Assembly (NCBI GenBank): GCA_044224875.1
Contig: JBGAJQ010000055.1
Span: 1-36,089, forward strand
DNA length: 36,089 nucleotides
Direction of reading: 5' to 3'
Source of the DNA: Gemmatimonadaceae bacterium
GTDB taxonomy: Bacteria > Gemmatimonadota > Gemmatimonadetes > Gemmatimonadales > Gemmatimonadaceae
The notes under the pieces were generated by a model. The model searched no databases. It saw only the letters and a list, made by a program, of their open reading frames with translations, and had not been told where the DNA came from. Both the position numbers and the translations under genes were made by a program. Within the stretch, counting starts at the first letter, position 1, and the number at the start of each line of letters is the position of its first letter. Shown in pieces: positions 1 to 10,400 of the stretch.

Positions 1-1091
1 GCACCGGTGCGGATGTCGAGCTGCGTGCTCTGGAACGCGATGGCGTACTGAATGCGGCCGCGATAGCCCTCGGACTGGTCGAAGTGATCGTCGCCAGACT
101 CGTAGGACACGATGTGATCGGCATCAACCGTCCCACCAAACCACTCGTACGAGTCATCCAGCCCGGCCATCGACTGCAGGTAGGAGAGCTTGGTGCCGCT
201 CCCCACGGTGGCGAAGGTGAAGGAGTTGAGTTCGTTGTTGAGCGACGGTGCAAAGCCAGCGAACTCGACGCGCACATACTTCAACTCGCCGGAATTGTCA
301 GTGTCGACCGATCCACCGTCGTAGGTGACCTTGTAGTTGGTACCCGGCGTGTTGCCGGCGACGGTATTGGTACCCTCGATTTCGATGCTCACGCCAGTAC
401 GAGCGGTCGTGGCGTTGCCGATGATGACCAATCCGCCCCAGTCCCCTGGCTTGCGCTGCCCCGCCGGCTGCGACGAGGTGAATACGATGGGCGCGGTGGC
501 TGTGCCGACCGCGTTGATCTTGGCCCCGCGCAGGATGAAGAGCGACGCGCCTAACGTGTTGAAGTCGCCCTTGATGGTTGTGCCGGGCTGAATCGTGAGC
601 GTGGCGCCGTTCCCGACGTGAACGAAACCCTTGAGGACATAAGTTGTTTCCGGGTACCACGTGGCGTTCGCGGTGATGTCGCCCGTGATGTCCTTGGTGA
701 ACGTGCCAAAGGCCACGGTAGTGGTCTGTTGCTCACTCGTGAAGCCGCTGGTCTTCGCGCCCTTCACGGCGGCCACGCGGTATCGATAAACCGTGCCCGG
801 CTTGAGTCCGGCATCGTCGAACGTGACGGTAGAGGCTGTGGCCGGTGCGGACTGGTTGGTCACTTGGGTAAACGTCCCAGCCGCCCCCTCGGCGCGCTCG
901 ATGTTGTAGCTGTTGTCGCCGGCCGTGCTAGTGAAGGTGACACGGATCGTCGAGGAGCTGGTGGCACTGACGGCGAGGCCAAGGGGTGGGTTGGGCGTGG
1001 GTTCAACAGGCGAGCTGTCGTCATTGCCGCAGGCAGCCGATACGGCGATTGCGGCGGCGCCGATCAGGTGGAGGAGGCGCGAGGAGGCCAT
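1..1091 (-). CDS. Secreted lipoprotein with an FN3 domain followed by an Asp-rich putative beta-helix region; runs off the window edge (partial)
   Basis: Absent from the ORF track because its stop lies outside the window. Hand translation from ATG 1091 (AAGGA upstream): MASSRLLHLIGAAAIAVSAAC (lipobox), then an FN3-like segment (PNPPLGLAVSATSSSTIRVTF...GLKPGTVYRYRVAAV), then PGDWGGLVIIGNA, DNSGELKYVRVEFAG, DDSYEWFGGTV and DDHFDQSEGYRG. Open to base 3. Confidence 0.88.
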   Translation of the reverse strand, partial: MASSRLLHLIGAAAIAVSAACGNDDSSPVEPTPNPPLGLAVSATSSSTIRVTFTSTAGDNSYNIERAEGAAGTFTQVTNQSAPATASTVTFDDAGLKPGTVYRYRVAAVKGAKTSGFTSEQQTTTVAFGTFTKDITGDITANATWYPETTYVLKGFVHVGNGATLTIQPGTTIKGDFNTLGASLFILRGAKINAVGTATAPIVFTSSQPAGQRKPGDWGGLVIIGNATTARTGVSIEIEGTNTVAGNTPGTNYKVTYDGGSVDTDNSGELKYVRVEFAGFAPSLNNELNSFTFATVGSGTKLSYLQSMAGLDDSYEWFGGTVDADHIVSYESGDDHFDQSEGYRGRIQYAIAFQSTQLDIRTG

Positions 1092-1175
1092 CTCGAGGTG
1101 TCCTTCGTGAGAGGTCGAATTCCGAACGTGTGTCCAGTGAAGAAAAGGGCGCTGCGTCGCGGCCGTGTGTCACGA

Positions 1176-1215
1176 TCGTCACGGCCCTGTCACAGCGCCC
1201 TCTGCGAGTTGTCAC
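1176..1215. promoter_or_regulatory. Pho-box-like direct repeats upstream of the lipoprotein gene
   Basis: TCGTCAC-GGCC-CTGTCAC (1176-1193) plus TTGTCAC at 1209, 22 bp after 1187. Matches the 7-4-7 / 11-bp period of PhoB boxes, and phoBR lies nearby. Confidence 0.55.
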
Positions 1216-1241
1216 GACACGGCCGCCATGCGGCCCAATCG

Positions 1242-4028
1242 TTACGGCTTGTAGATCAGGCCCAGCTGCATCACGCGTCCCGTCTTGTACGTCTCACGAA
1301 CCACGGTGCCCTGCTTGGTCGTGTAGGCCTCATCCAGCAGATTCTTCGCATCGAGCCGCCCCGAGAATCCGCGTCCCAGGGGAAAGCGCAACGAGAAGTC
1401 CACCACGTTGCGCGGGAGCGTGATCACGTCCGGCAGGGGCACGTCGCCCGCTGCGTCGATGCGCTCACCCACTCGGTTGAAGAGCACGGTCGCACTCGTC
1501 TTCCCGGTTCTGGTCGCGTAGGACATTCCGAGGTTCACCACGTACGGCGCCTGACCCACCATGCGACGCGTTGGATTCGTAGCCGACGACTTGTTCTCGC
1601 CCAGGTCGATCTTGCTCTGCATCACGGTGATGTTCGTGAACCCGGAGAATGGGCGCAGCGGGCGGCCAAGGAATCCGAGATTTCGTCGCAACTCGATCTC
1701 GAGGCCGTAGTTCGTCGCGCTCTTCGCATTGACGTACCCGATGAAACGAGACGTCGCGCCAGCGGCGTGGTAGACGCGTTCGATCGGTTTCTCGAATTCC
1801 TTCACGAAGAACCCCAGCGAGATCACTTCGTCGCTCTGCGGATAGAACTCCCAGCGCAAGTCGGCATTCTGGATGCGCGTGCGTTGCAGGTCGGCATTGC
1901 CCTCGAGGTCATCGCCATTCAGCACGTCGCGGCTCTTGATGGGGACAAGCTCGCGATATTCCGGCCGGGCCAGTGTCTGCGACAGCGATACACGAATGTT
2001 CTGATGGTCGCTCGGTGCCACGTTCAGTGCCAACGATGGCAGGACGTCTGACCAGTCATTCGTTGTCTGGATTGGCTGACCGAGCGTAGAGGCCGCGTTC
2101 ACTTGCAGCTGGTCATGTTCGTATCGTGCGCCGCCAACCAGTCGCACCGCGTTGGAGATGGCGAGCTCGCCCATGAGGTATGCGGCCGACAACTCGTCCC
2201 GCGCACTGTACGAACCGCCTTGTGACAGGGGTGAGAGGCGGAAGAAGTCAGACGTCGGCGTCGAAAACCGACCGTCAAACAACTGCTCCGGCGAAAGTTC
2301 GCGCGTTGCTGCATCGGCAAAGGGCGCCGAGATCGAGTAGGCGCGGGTGTCGGCATCACGGTCCGTCGTGCGATACAGGCCGCCCAGCTTCACGTAGTGC
2401 TGTCGTCCAGCAGCGTCGAAGTTCACCTGGTAGTTCGCGCGCCCTTCGCGATTGCTCTCCGTGAGCTTGGAGAAGGTGCGTACGGCGCCGGCATTCCCGT
2501 TGTTCAGCCACCGAAGGTGCTCCGGTCCCCCGGGCGTGTCCTGTTCGATCACGTAGACGAACTCCGTGCGGTCCGGTTCGTCACGACGCACGCCGCTCGA
2601 AGTGAAGGCCCAGTCCAGACGCTGCTTGGTGCCAAACTGGTGTTCGGCCGCCAGCTGCGACGAGCGAATGGCGCGCTCCACGTACTGGTTGCGATCGATG
2701 CGCGCGCGGAAACCTTCATTCTCGAATTGTCCATACTCGCGTCGCGCGTCGTTGTCGGCGGTGCGGCTGTAGGTGTTGTTCACCATGAGTCGGGTGTGGC
2801 CGCCGATGAGCGTGCTGAAGTTTGCCAGCCCACCCCACAGCACTCCCGCGCTACCTGTCTCGCCTTCGAAGCGATCCTGCTCGATGGTGGAGCCGGCGGT
2901 CGTGCCGCGCGCGGCCAACGCGCGCACCTGGCCCGTCTTGAGGTCTTGTGAAAGGGAATAGGTCCCCGAGACGAGGTAGCCGATGCGCTGGCCAAACACG
3001 GGGTCGTTTCCACCGATCGAGATCGACGTCGAGGTGTTGGGCGTGGCGGTCTTGAGCGAGGGAACCCACGCGTTGCGGAAGGTGCCGACCAACCGGCTGT
3101 AGTCCGACGGATTCAGGTTGATGCCCTGGAAATTGCCAAGAGACGCGACGAGCGCCGGGACGTCCCGCTTCGAGCCAACGTTCGCGAACATCTCGCCACC
3201 GGTCGTGAAGGCGCTGAGGATGCTCTTTCCGGTCGACCCGGGGTTGTAGCCGCCGGTCGTTTGGGCAGCGAACTGTCGAATGGCGGGAAACTCTCGCGTC
3301 TTGATCTCCAGCTGCGCGCCGGAGAAGTCCCCCTGCTGGTCCGGGGTGAAGGTCTTTGACGTCGTGATCTGCTCGAGGAGGCCCGTTGGAAACAGGTCGA
3401 GGGGCACCGTGCGCTTTTCGGGCTCGGGGCTCGGCACCCGCGTGCCGTTGAGCTGGGTGGTGGTGTAGCGCTCGCCCAACCCGCGGACGAATACGAACTT
3501 GCCGCCTTGCACCGTCACCCCGCTCACACGTTGCACGGCCTGGGCCGCGTCACCGTCGGGACTCTTGGCGATCTGCTCCGTGGTGACGGAGCTGACGATG
3601 GCGGTCGCCGTGCGCTGCTTGTCCAAAGCCTCGCTGACGCTCCCGCGCTCGGCCTGGGCGGTCACCACACTTGCCGCCAGCTTCACGGTCGCGGCCTCCA
3701 GGGAGATGTTCTGCTCGAGGGTCTTCCCGGCGTCGAGCACCAGCCCCGTAATGCTCTTGGGCGTATAGCCGAGGCGTCGGGCCTGCAGAGTCACCGTGCC
3801 TGCGGTCACACGAGGCAGCGAGTACCGACCGTCGATCCCCGAAACCGTTCCGGTGGTGGTTCCCACGACCTGAATGCCCACGTCGGAGATGCCTTGGCCC
3901 GTCGTGGCGTCAATGATGCGCCCAACGATACGGCCGGTGCGGGCGGTGGACTGGGCGCCTAACGTTGGGAGAGCGGACGCGAGGGCGAATGCCCAGAGGA
4001 CAAAACGTGTCGCACGTCGAATAGACAT
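1242..4028 (-). CDS. TonB-dependent outer membrane receptor with an N-terminal carboxypeptidase-regulatory-like domain
   Basis: Signal peptide, GRIVGRIID domain, plug motifs (VFVRGLGERY, LNGTRVPSPEP...VPLDLFP), barrel motifs (ARPEYREL, GNADL...NADLRWEFY, NLLD) and a terminal beta-strand. Start placed at ATG 4028; the track ORF extends to 4055. Confidence 0.93.
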   Translation of the reverse strand: MSIRRATRFVLWAFALASALPTLGAQSTARTGRIVGRIIDATTGQGISDVGIQVVGTTTGTVSGIDGRYSLPRVTAGTVTLQARRLGYTPKSITGLVLDAGKTLEQNISLEAATVKLAASVVTAQAERGSVSEALDKQRTATAIVSSVTTEQIAKSPDGDAAQAVQRVSGVTVQGGKFVFVRGLGERYTTTQLNGTRVPSPEPEKRTVPLDLFPTGLLEQITTSKTFTPDQQGDFSGAQLEIKTREFPAIRQFAAQTTGGYNPGSTGKSILSAFTTGGEMFANVGSKRDVPALVASLGNFQGINLNPSDYSRLVGTFRNAWVPSLKTATPNTSTSISIGGNDPVFGQRIGYLVSGTYSLSQDLKTGQVRALAARGTTAGSTIEQDRFEGETGSAGVLWGGLANFSTLIGGHTRLMVNNTYSRTADNDARREYGQFENEGFRARIDRNQYVERAIRSSQLAAEHQFGTKQRLDWAFTSSGVRRDEPDRTEFVYVIEQDTPGGPEHLRWLNNGNAGAVRTFSKLTESNREGRANYQVNFDAAGRQHYVKLGGLYRTTDRDADTRAYSISAPFADAATRELSPEQLFDGRFSTPTSDFFRLSPLSQGGSYSARDELSAAYLMGELAISNAVRLVGGARYEHDQLQVNAASTLGQPIQTTNDWSDVLPSLALNVAPSDHQNIRVSLSQTLARPEYRELVPIKSRDVLNGDDLEGNADLQRTRIQNADLRWEFYPQSDEVISLGFFVKEFEKPIERVYHAAGATSRFIGYVNAKSATNYGLEIELRRNLGFLGRPLRPFSGFTNITVMQSKIDLGENKSSATNPTRRMVGQAPYVVNLGMSYATRTGKTSATVLFNRVGERIDAAGDVPLPDVITLPRNVVDFSLRFPLGRGFSGRLDAKNLLDEAYTTKQGTVVRETYKTGRVMQLGLIYKP

Positions 4029-4064
4029 GAGGAACCGCGGGATGGAGGAAGGCAACGTGAAGAT

Positions 4065-4136
4065 TTGTCACGAAGACCTTCGAAATTCCCGCTTTCCCGT
4101 CTCGTATCCCTCACAGCTCTGCAACGAACGTGTCAC
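4065..4136. promoter_or_regulatory. Pho-box-like repeats upstream of the TonB-dependent receptor
   Basis: CCCTCAC-AGCT-CTGCAAC-GAAC-GTGTCAC at 4108/4119/4130 (11-bp period) and TTGTCAC at 4065. Confidence 0.45.
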
Positions 4137-4156
4137 GACCGACTGATCCACGGCCG

Positions 4157-5873
4157 TTACACGTGCCGGTCCACCAGATCCGGGAAGAAGGCCTCAATCG
4201 TCGCCCCAGAACCCGCCTGGCTTTCCGCAGAGACCCGTCCACCGTGCGCTTCGACCATGTGCTTGACGATCGCCAGGCCAAGTCCCGTTCCCCCTTCCTC
4301 GCGCGAACGCGCGGCATCGGCTCGGTAGAACCGCTCGAAAATGCGAGGCAAGTGCTCGGCGGGGATACCACTCCCCGTGTCGCGCACTCCAATGATGGTG
4401 CCTTCGGCGGTGCGACGCGCGAACACGGTGATCGAGCCGAGCGACGTGTGCCGGACGGCGTTGTCCGTGAGATTCGCCAGTACCTGCCGGACGGCGGTCG
4501 GATCGGCCACCAGTTCCCTGGCGTCGTCGGGCACGGCCGCAACGAGCGTGACACCGCGCGCGGCGGCGCGATCACGCACGGCACCAAAAACTTCAGAGGC
4601 GACCGCCGCGACGTCGACCGGGCAGGGATTCGGCACCCATCCGCCCGATTCTATCCTCGAAAGGTCGAGCAGGTCATCCACGATCCGTTGCATGCGACGG
4701 GTGTTCGTCAGGATCATCTCGAGAAAGCGCTGCCGGTCGGTGGGTGGCAGGCTGTCGTCCTGCAGGGTTTCGGCAACACCGCCAATCACGGTGAGCGGTG
4801 TCTTGAGCTCGTGCGACACGTTGGCCACAAAGTCGCGACGGACGGTTTCCAGGCGACGGATCGGCGTCAGGTCGTACAGCGCGAGTACGGCACCCCCCGT
4901 TGCCCGCGGGCGGACGGTCAGGGCCACCGTGCGGTCGCCCAACTGCATCTCGATCGCGTCGGTAAATTCACCGCGCGTCGCCCCCACGATCGCTTCGCGG
5001 AGCAGGCGGTCGCGAGGGAGTTGGTCCGTGGGGAAGGGCGTCTGGTCCCGGATGCCTAACAATCGCCGAGCATGATCGTTCATGTGCACCACGCGCTGGG
5101 CTTCATCGATCGCGACGACACCTTCGTTGAGTGATTCGGTGAGGGCTCTCAGCAACGCGTCGTCCGCCTCCAGCGCCTGCAATCGCGCACTCAGTTCCTC
5201 TGCCAGCCGGTGGAAGGCGGTGGCCAGTTCGCCAACCTCACCCGGCGCGCTGAGCGATGGGCGGCGTGACAGGTCACCCCCGGCGATGGCCCGCGCGTCG
5301 TCGCGGAGTTCCAGAATCGGTCGCGCCACGGTGCGGGCAAAGATGAGCGCCAGGACCAACGCGGCCAACGCCGCCACGCCACCTGCCGCGAGCACGTCCT
5401 GCTGCATGCCGTCCACGAGGTCGTCGAGCACACGCGTGCTTGCGGACACGCGGGCGACGCCGAGACCGGTGCGCACGGCGGCGTATACCTCCTCGTCGCC
5501 CGCCGAGCGGCTTTGCCGAATCGACGTACCCTCCCCCGATGCAACAGCGGCGACGATCTCCGGTCGGGTGGCGTGGTTCTCCAGGCCGCCTAACGCCGTG
5601 GAATCGAACTCCGAGTCGCCAAGCACCGTACCGTCTGGGGCGATGAGGGTGACGCGGCGCGACAAAGCCTTGCCCGCGGCATCGGCCAGGGAGTCGGCAC
5701 CCACTCCGGGGCGCCACTGGAGGGCGACGACGCGCGCATCTCGCAGCCCTTCGGCCGTGGCCTGATCGCGCAACCGCCTTCCCGAGCCGCCGGTCGAGGC
5801 TGACGACGGCGAAGACGAGGAAGGCGGCGATGAGGAGGAGCGAACCGAGAAGGAGTCGCTGGGTGAGTCTCAC
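4157..5873 (-). pseudogene. phoR: PhoR-like sensor histidine kinase (TM-sensor-TM-HAMP-PAS-HisKA-HATPase) with an apparent 1-nt frameshift near 5778-5784; real lesion or sequencing error
   Basis: The N-terminal TM helix (MRLTQRLLLGSLLLIAAFLVFAVVSLDRRLG, GTG 5873 overlapping the phoB stop) is in one frame. The remainder (RLRDQATAE...ENHATRPEI...RRDFVANVSHELKTPLT...IFERFYRAD...GGTGLGLAIVKH) is in another. Span 1717 nt = 3n+1. Confidence 0.82.
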
Positions 5874-6589
5874 GCGCTACGCGGTTGGGCCACCTTCAGA
5901 CGGTAGCCAAACCCGCGCACAGTTTCAATGAGTTCACCGGAGGCACCGAGTTTCGATCGCAGCCGTTGCACGTGCATGTCCACGGTGCGTGTCTGAATAT
6001 CGGGCGCCGCTTCCCAGACGGTTTCCAATAGGTGGCCTCGAGCCTGCACCCTCCCGCGGCGTTCGGCCAGCGTCAGGAGCAGTCGATACTCCGTGGGGGT
6101 CAAGTCCAGTTCCTTCCCTTCCACGGACACACGATGCGCCGCGCGGTCGATGGAGATCGGGCCCACGCGCAACATGTCACCACCGGGTTGTTGGCCCTGC
6201 GCCATGCGCCGAAGGATTGCGCCAACGCGGAGCACGAGTTCCTGCGGCGAGAACGGCTTGGTGATGTAGTCGTCCGCACCCAACGACAGCCCGCGAATCC
6301 GGTCCTGCTCTTCGCGCCTGGCGGTGAGCATGAGCACGGCCACGTCACGAAGGGAATCGTCACCTCGTAGCTGCTCGAGGATCTCGTAGCCGGACATGCC
6401 GGGCAACATCAGATCGAGGACTATGAGCGCGGGGTGTTCCTGTTGCGCCTGCCGAAGGGCCTCGGGGCCTGTGGTTGCCGTCGACACGCGATAGCCAGCC
6501 TTGACCAGGTGATACGCCACGAGTGCGACGATGTCCTGCTCGTCGTCGACTACCAGGATTCGCTCACCCGCGGGCTTACCGTTAGTCAC
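5870..6589 (-). CDS. phoB: OmpR/PhoB-family response regulator, probably PhoB
   Basis: ILVVDDE, DLMLPG, MLTA, GADDYITKPFS, LTPTEYRLL, TRTVDMHVQRLRSKL, ETVRGFGYR. Coupled to a PhoR-like kinase; GTG 6589 overlaps the udk stop (GTGA). Confidence 0.88.
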   Translation of the reverse strand: MTNGKPAGERILVVDDEQDIVALVAYHLVKAGYRVSTATTGPEALRQAQQEHPALIVLDLMLPGMSGYEILEQLRGDDSLRDVAVLMLTARREEQDRIRGLSLGADDYITKPFSPQELVLRVGAILRRMAQGQQPGGDMLRVGPISIDRAAHRVSVEGKELDLTPTEYRLLLTLAERRGRVQARGHLLETVWEAAPDIQTRTVDMHVQRLRSKLGASGELIETVRGFGYRLKVAQPRSA

Positions 6590-7212
6590 GATCTCCGCTG
6601 CTCCAGTCGTCGCTGAACCTTCGCGACAATCATCTCGACGGCCACTTCGTTGTGTCCTCCCCGCGGAATGATCACATCCGCCCATCGCTTACTCGGCTCA
6701 ACGAACTGCAGGTGCATCGGGCGTACGGTGTTCAGGTACTGATGGAGTATCTCTTCCAACGCCCGTCCGCGTGCGTGCAAGTCCCTCTCGATGCGCCGCA
6801 CCAGGCGTATGTCAGCGTCGGCATCGACAAACACCTTCACATCACAGAGCGCCCGCAGGCGCTCGTCGACAAACAACAAGATACCATCCACAACCACCAC
6901 ATCTGCCGCTGCAACCGCCACCGAACTCGAGCTTCTCGTGTGCGTTTGGAAATCGTACACCGGCTTCTGAATTGCTTGACCCATCGCCAGCTGCCCGAGA
7001 TGGGAAACGAGTAGATCGAGATCCAGCGTCTCGGGATGATCCCAGTTGATACGACGCCGTTCCTCCATCGGAACGTGCGCAAAATTTCGGTAGTACCCGT
7101 CCATGTCGATCAGGGCAACCGACGCACTCTGGAGCGCATCGGCCACCTTTCGAGCGACCGTTGACTTGCCCGACCCCGTCCCACCGGCGATCCCGATGAT
7201 CAGCGGCCTCAC
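6586..7212 (-). CDS. udk: Uridine kinase
   Basis: IIGIAGGTGSGKST P-loop, NWDHPE, KPVYDF, KVFVDADADIRLVRRIERD, RPMHLQFVEPSKRWADVIIP. Probable GTG start at 7212. Confidence 0.95.
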   Translation of the reverse strand: MRPLIIGIAGGTGSGKSTVARKVADALQSASVALIDMDGYYRNFAHVPMEERRRINWDHPETLDLDLLVSHLGQLAMGQAIQKPVYDFQTHTRSSSSVAVAAADVVVVDGILLFVDERLRALCDVKVFVDADADIRLVRRIERDLHARGRALEEILHQYLNTVRPMHLQFVEPSKRWADVIIPRGGHNEVAVEMIVAKVQRRLEQRRS

Positions 7213-7282
7213 CGGAGGTCCTGTTTTGCTGCCTCGCCGCAAGCAGAATCACCAGCGCCGAGGAGAAAGGAAAGCGTACGAG

Positions 7283-7300
7283 CTGTCACGATTCTGTATC
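7283..7300. promoter_or_regulatory. Pho-box-like site in the divergent udk / nucleotidase promoter region
   Basis: CTGTCAC-GATT-CTGTATC, close to the E. coli PhoB box CTGTCAT-N4-CTGTCAY. Confidence 0.55.
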
Positions 7301-7421
7301 GAGGCGACGGGGGTAGCGGGCGGCAGCGACTGACGGAAGCTCACCAGCCCTGACACCGGCGTCAATCAGCGGATCGACGTTTCCTCGCCGCCAGAGATCG
7401 CACCGCTTAAGCTTCATCCGC

Positions 7422-10400
7422 ATGTGGCTGAACATCTTGCGAGTGATCGTCTTTCTGGCGCCGGCGGTGGTGGTAGCCCAGGACCCGGCGCCGCGACTTG
7501 GCGACGAACGGCGCATTGTCGTGGCGGCTACCACGGACGTTCACGGCAGAATCCGTGGCTGGGACTACTATGCGTCGGCACCCGACTCGGCGCGCGGGTT
7601 GTCGCGTGCCGCCACGATCGTCGATTCGTTGCGCGCGTCGAATCCTGGGCGCGTCGTTCTGGTCGACGCCGGGGATTTCCTGCAGGGGAACCCGCTGACC
7701 TTCGTGGCGGCCCGGGTCCGATCCAGCGATCGACATCCGGTCATCGCGGCGATGAACGCCATGCGTTACGATGCCGCGACCATCGGCAATCACGAGTTCA
7801 ACTACGGCCTGCCGTTCCTGCGCCGCGCGATCGCGCAGGCGTCGTTCCCGATGCTGGCGGCCAACGCGCATACGCCGGGCGGTGCGCAGGCATTTGCAGC
7901 GAGTCGCATGGTGATTCGCGATGGGGTGCGGATTGGCATTGTGGGTGGCACGACGCCTGGCGCGATGCTGTGGGACCGTGACCACCTGCGCGGCAAGCTC
8001 TCGTTAGGTGATATCGTCCCCGCGCTGCGGAAGGAAGTCGCGCAGCTGCGCGCCCGTGGGGCCGACGTGGTGGTGGCGGTCCTGCACTCCGGCTTGGACG
8101 AAGCGGCCAGCTACGACACGGTGGGATCCGGATTGCCCAGCGAGAACGTATCGGCCCGTGTGGCGCGCGAGGTCCCCGGCGTCGACCTGGTCGTGTATGG
8201 GCACTCACACCGCGAGCTGGCGGATTCGACCGTGGGGACCACCCTGCTGGTGCAGCCGCGGAACTGGGCGGGCAGTGTCGCCATCGCGACGCTCACGGTG
8301 CGACGGGAGGCCGGGCGTTGGCGAGTCAGCGGCAGCCATGGCGCGCTGGTCCGCACAGCGGGTCACGCGGAGCACGCCGCCGTCCTGGAAGCCAGCCAAC
8401 GCGTGCACGACGCCACTGTCAGCTACATCTCTGGCGCGGTCGCCACCACGTCGCACCGGTGGTCGGCGGACTCCTCACGAGTCCGTGACACCCCCATCGT
8501 CGACTTCATGCTGGAGGTGATGCGGCGCCGCACGGGGGCGGACCTTGCCGTAGGTGCGTCCTTCGCGCTCGATGCGGCTATCGACTCGGGTCGCGTCACC
8601 GTCGCCGAGCTTTCGCGCCTGTATCCGTATGAAAACACCTTGCGCGCCGTCCGCATCACGGGACGACAGCTCCGCGAGTATCTCGAGTACAGTGCGCGTT
8701 ACTTCAAGGACGCCTCTGGTGGTGCGTTGGCGCCCGGCACGATCGATCCAGCCATTCCCGGCTTCAATTTCGATATGCTGGCGGGCGCCGACTACACGTA
8801 CGACCTCACCCACCCGATCGGCCAGCGACTTACCCGCCTGGAGGTCCGAGGGCGCGCCGTACAGGACAGCGACACGTTCACGCTGGCGGTGAACAACTAT
8901 CGGCAGAGTGGGGGCGGTGGCTATGCCATGCTGCGCGGCGCCCCTGTGGTGTACGATCGGCAGGAAGACATTCGGCAGCTGTTGATCGATGAAGCCCGTC
9001 GGCGTCGCCGGTTGGAGCCGACGGACTATGCGTCGGCCAACTGGAGGTTGGAGCCGTCGAACGCCGTTGGCGTGGCCTACGCCCAGATGCACCTGGAGGC
9101 CCGGACGCGCGAGGCCACCACGGTACCCGGATCGAAGGCTCGCACGCTGCGGATCGTCGCCTTCAACGATTTTCACGGCGCCCTGGAACCTCGGCGTGAC
9201 AGCGCGGGCACGGTGCGCGGCGGTGCCGTCGCGTTGGCGTGGGAAATCGAACGCGCGCGCGCCGAGTGCGTGCCGCCCCAGTGCCAGAGCGTCCTCCTCG
9301 ACGGCGGCGACGAATTTCAGGGAACGGCGGCCTCGAATTTTCTCTACGGCCGGCCGGTGGTTGAGCTGTTCAATCGGTTGGGCGTGGCGGCCGCCGCGTT
9401 AGGCAATCACGAGTTCGACTGGGGACAAGACTCGCTCAAGGCCCGGATGCACCAGGCCCACTACCCGATCCTCGGCGCCAACGTCAGGGACGCCGACGGC
9501 TCCGACGTTCCATGGATAACCGACGACACCCTCCTGACCGTGGGCACCCTGCGGGTCGGCGTCATCGGCATTGCGACCGTCGAGACGAGCCGAACGACAA
9601 AGCCGGCCAACGTCTCCGACCTGCGGTTCGTCGACCCCGGACCCGTGGTGGACGCGCACGCGAAGGCGCTGCGCGCGCGTGGGGCGGATGCGGTCATTGT
9701 GGTGGCGCATGCCGGCGCGTTCTGCACGCGTGGCGAGGCCGCGACCTGCGACGGGGAGATCATTACCATGGCGCGACAAGCCAACGCCAGGGTCGACGCC
9801 TTCGTGAGCGGCCACACGCACTCGCCGATCGCCACGGTGGTGCGCGGCGCGGCGGTGGTGCAGGCCCGCACACGCGGGACGACGCTGGCCATTGCCGACA
9901 TCCCCTTGGCGGGCGGAGACCCGCAAGTGCAACTTCGCGACGTGCGCCCGGATCGCAGCGGACCGCCGGACACCGCGGTCGTCCGCATCGTCGAGGCGGC
10001 AACGGCGGGGCTTCGCGAGCGCATGGGGCGACCGATTGCCCGAGTCGCCGAACGCCTGTCGAGCGGTACCGAGGGGCCGTTAGGTAACCTGATTGCGGAC
10101 GCCCAACGCCGCGCGGGCGCGGGAGACGTGGCGGTCATGAATACCGGTGGTGTGCGCGCCTCCATTGATTCGGGGATGGCCACCTTCGGCGCCCTGTTCG
10201 AGGTGCAACCCTTCGGGAACGCCTTGGTGCGGCTGACGGTGAGCGGCACTCAGCTGCGCACGTACCTGGAGCGCGTCGTGGGCCACGACCCGGTGCGCGC
10301 GCACCTGAGCGGCGTGACGGTCCGGTACGATCCGGCGAAACCGCCTGGCGAACGCGTCGTTGACGTTAGGTTCACGGACGGGCGCACGATTGACCCGAAC

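Noticed and set aside
618..2051. Long plus-strand ORF (477 aa) and similar long ORFs such as 10372-11742, 25903-27219 and 17940-19151
   Set aside because: Antisense or off-frame shadows of well-supported genes, as expected in high-GC DNA; no recognisable motifs.
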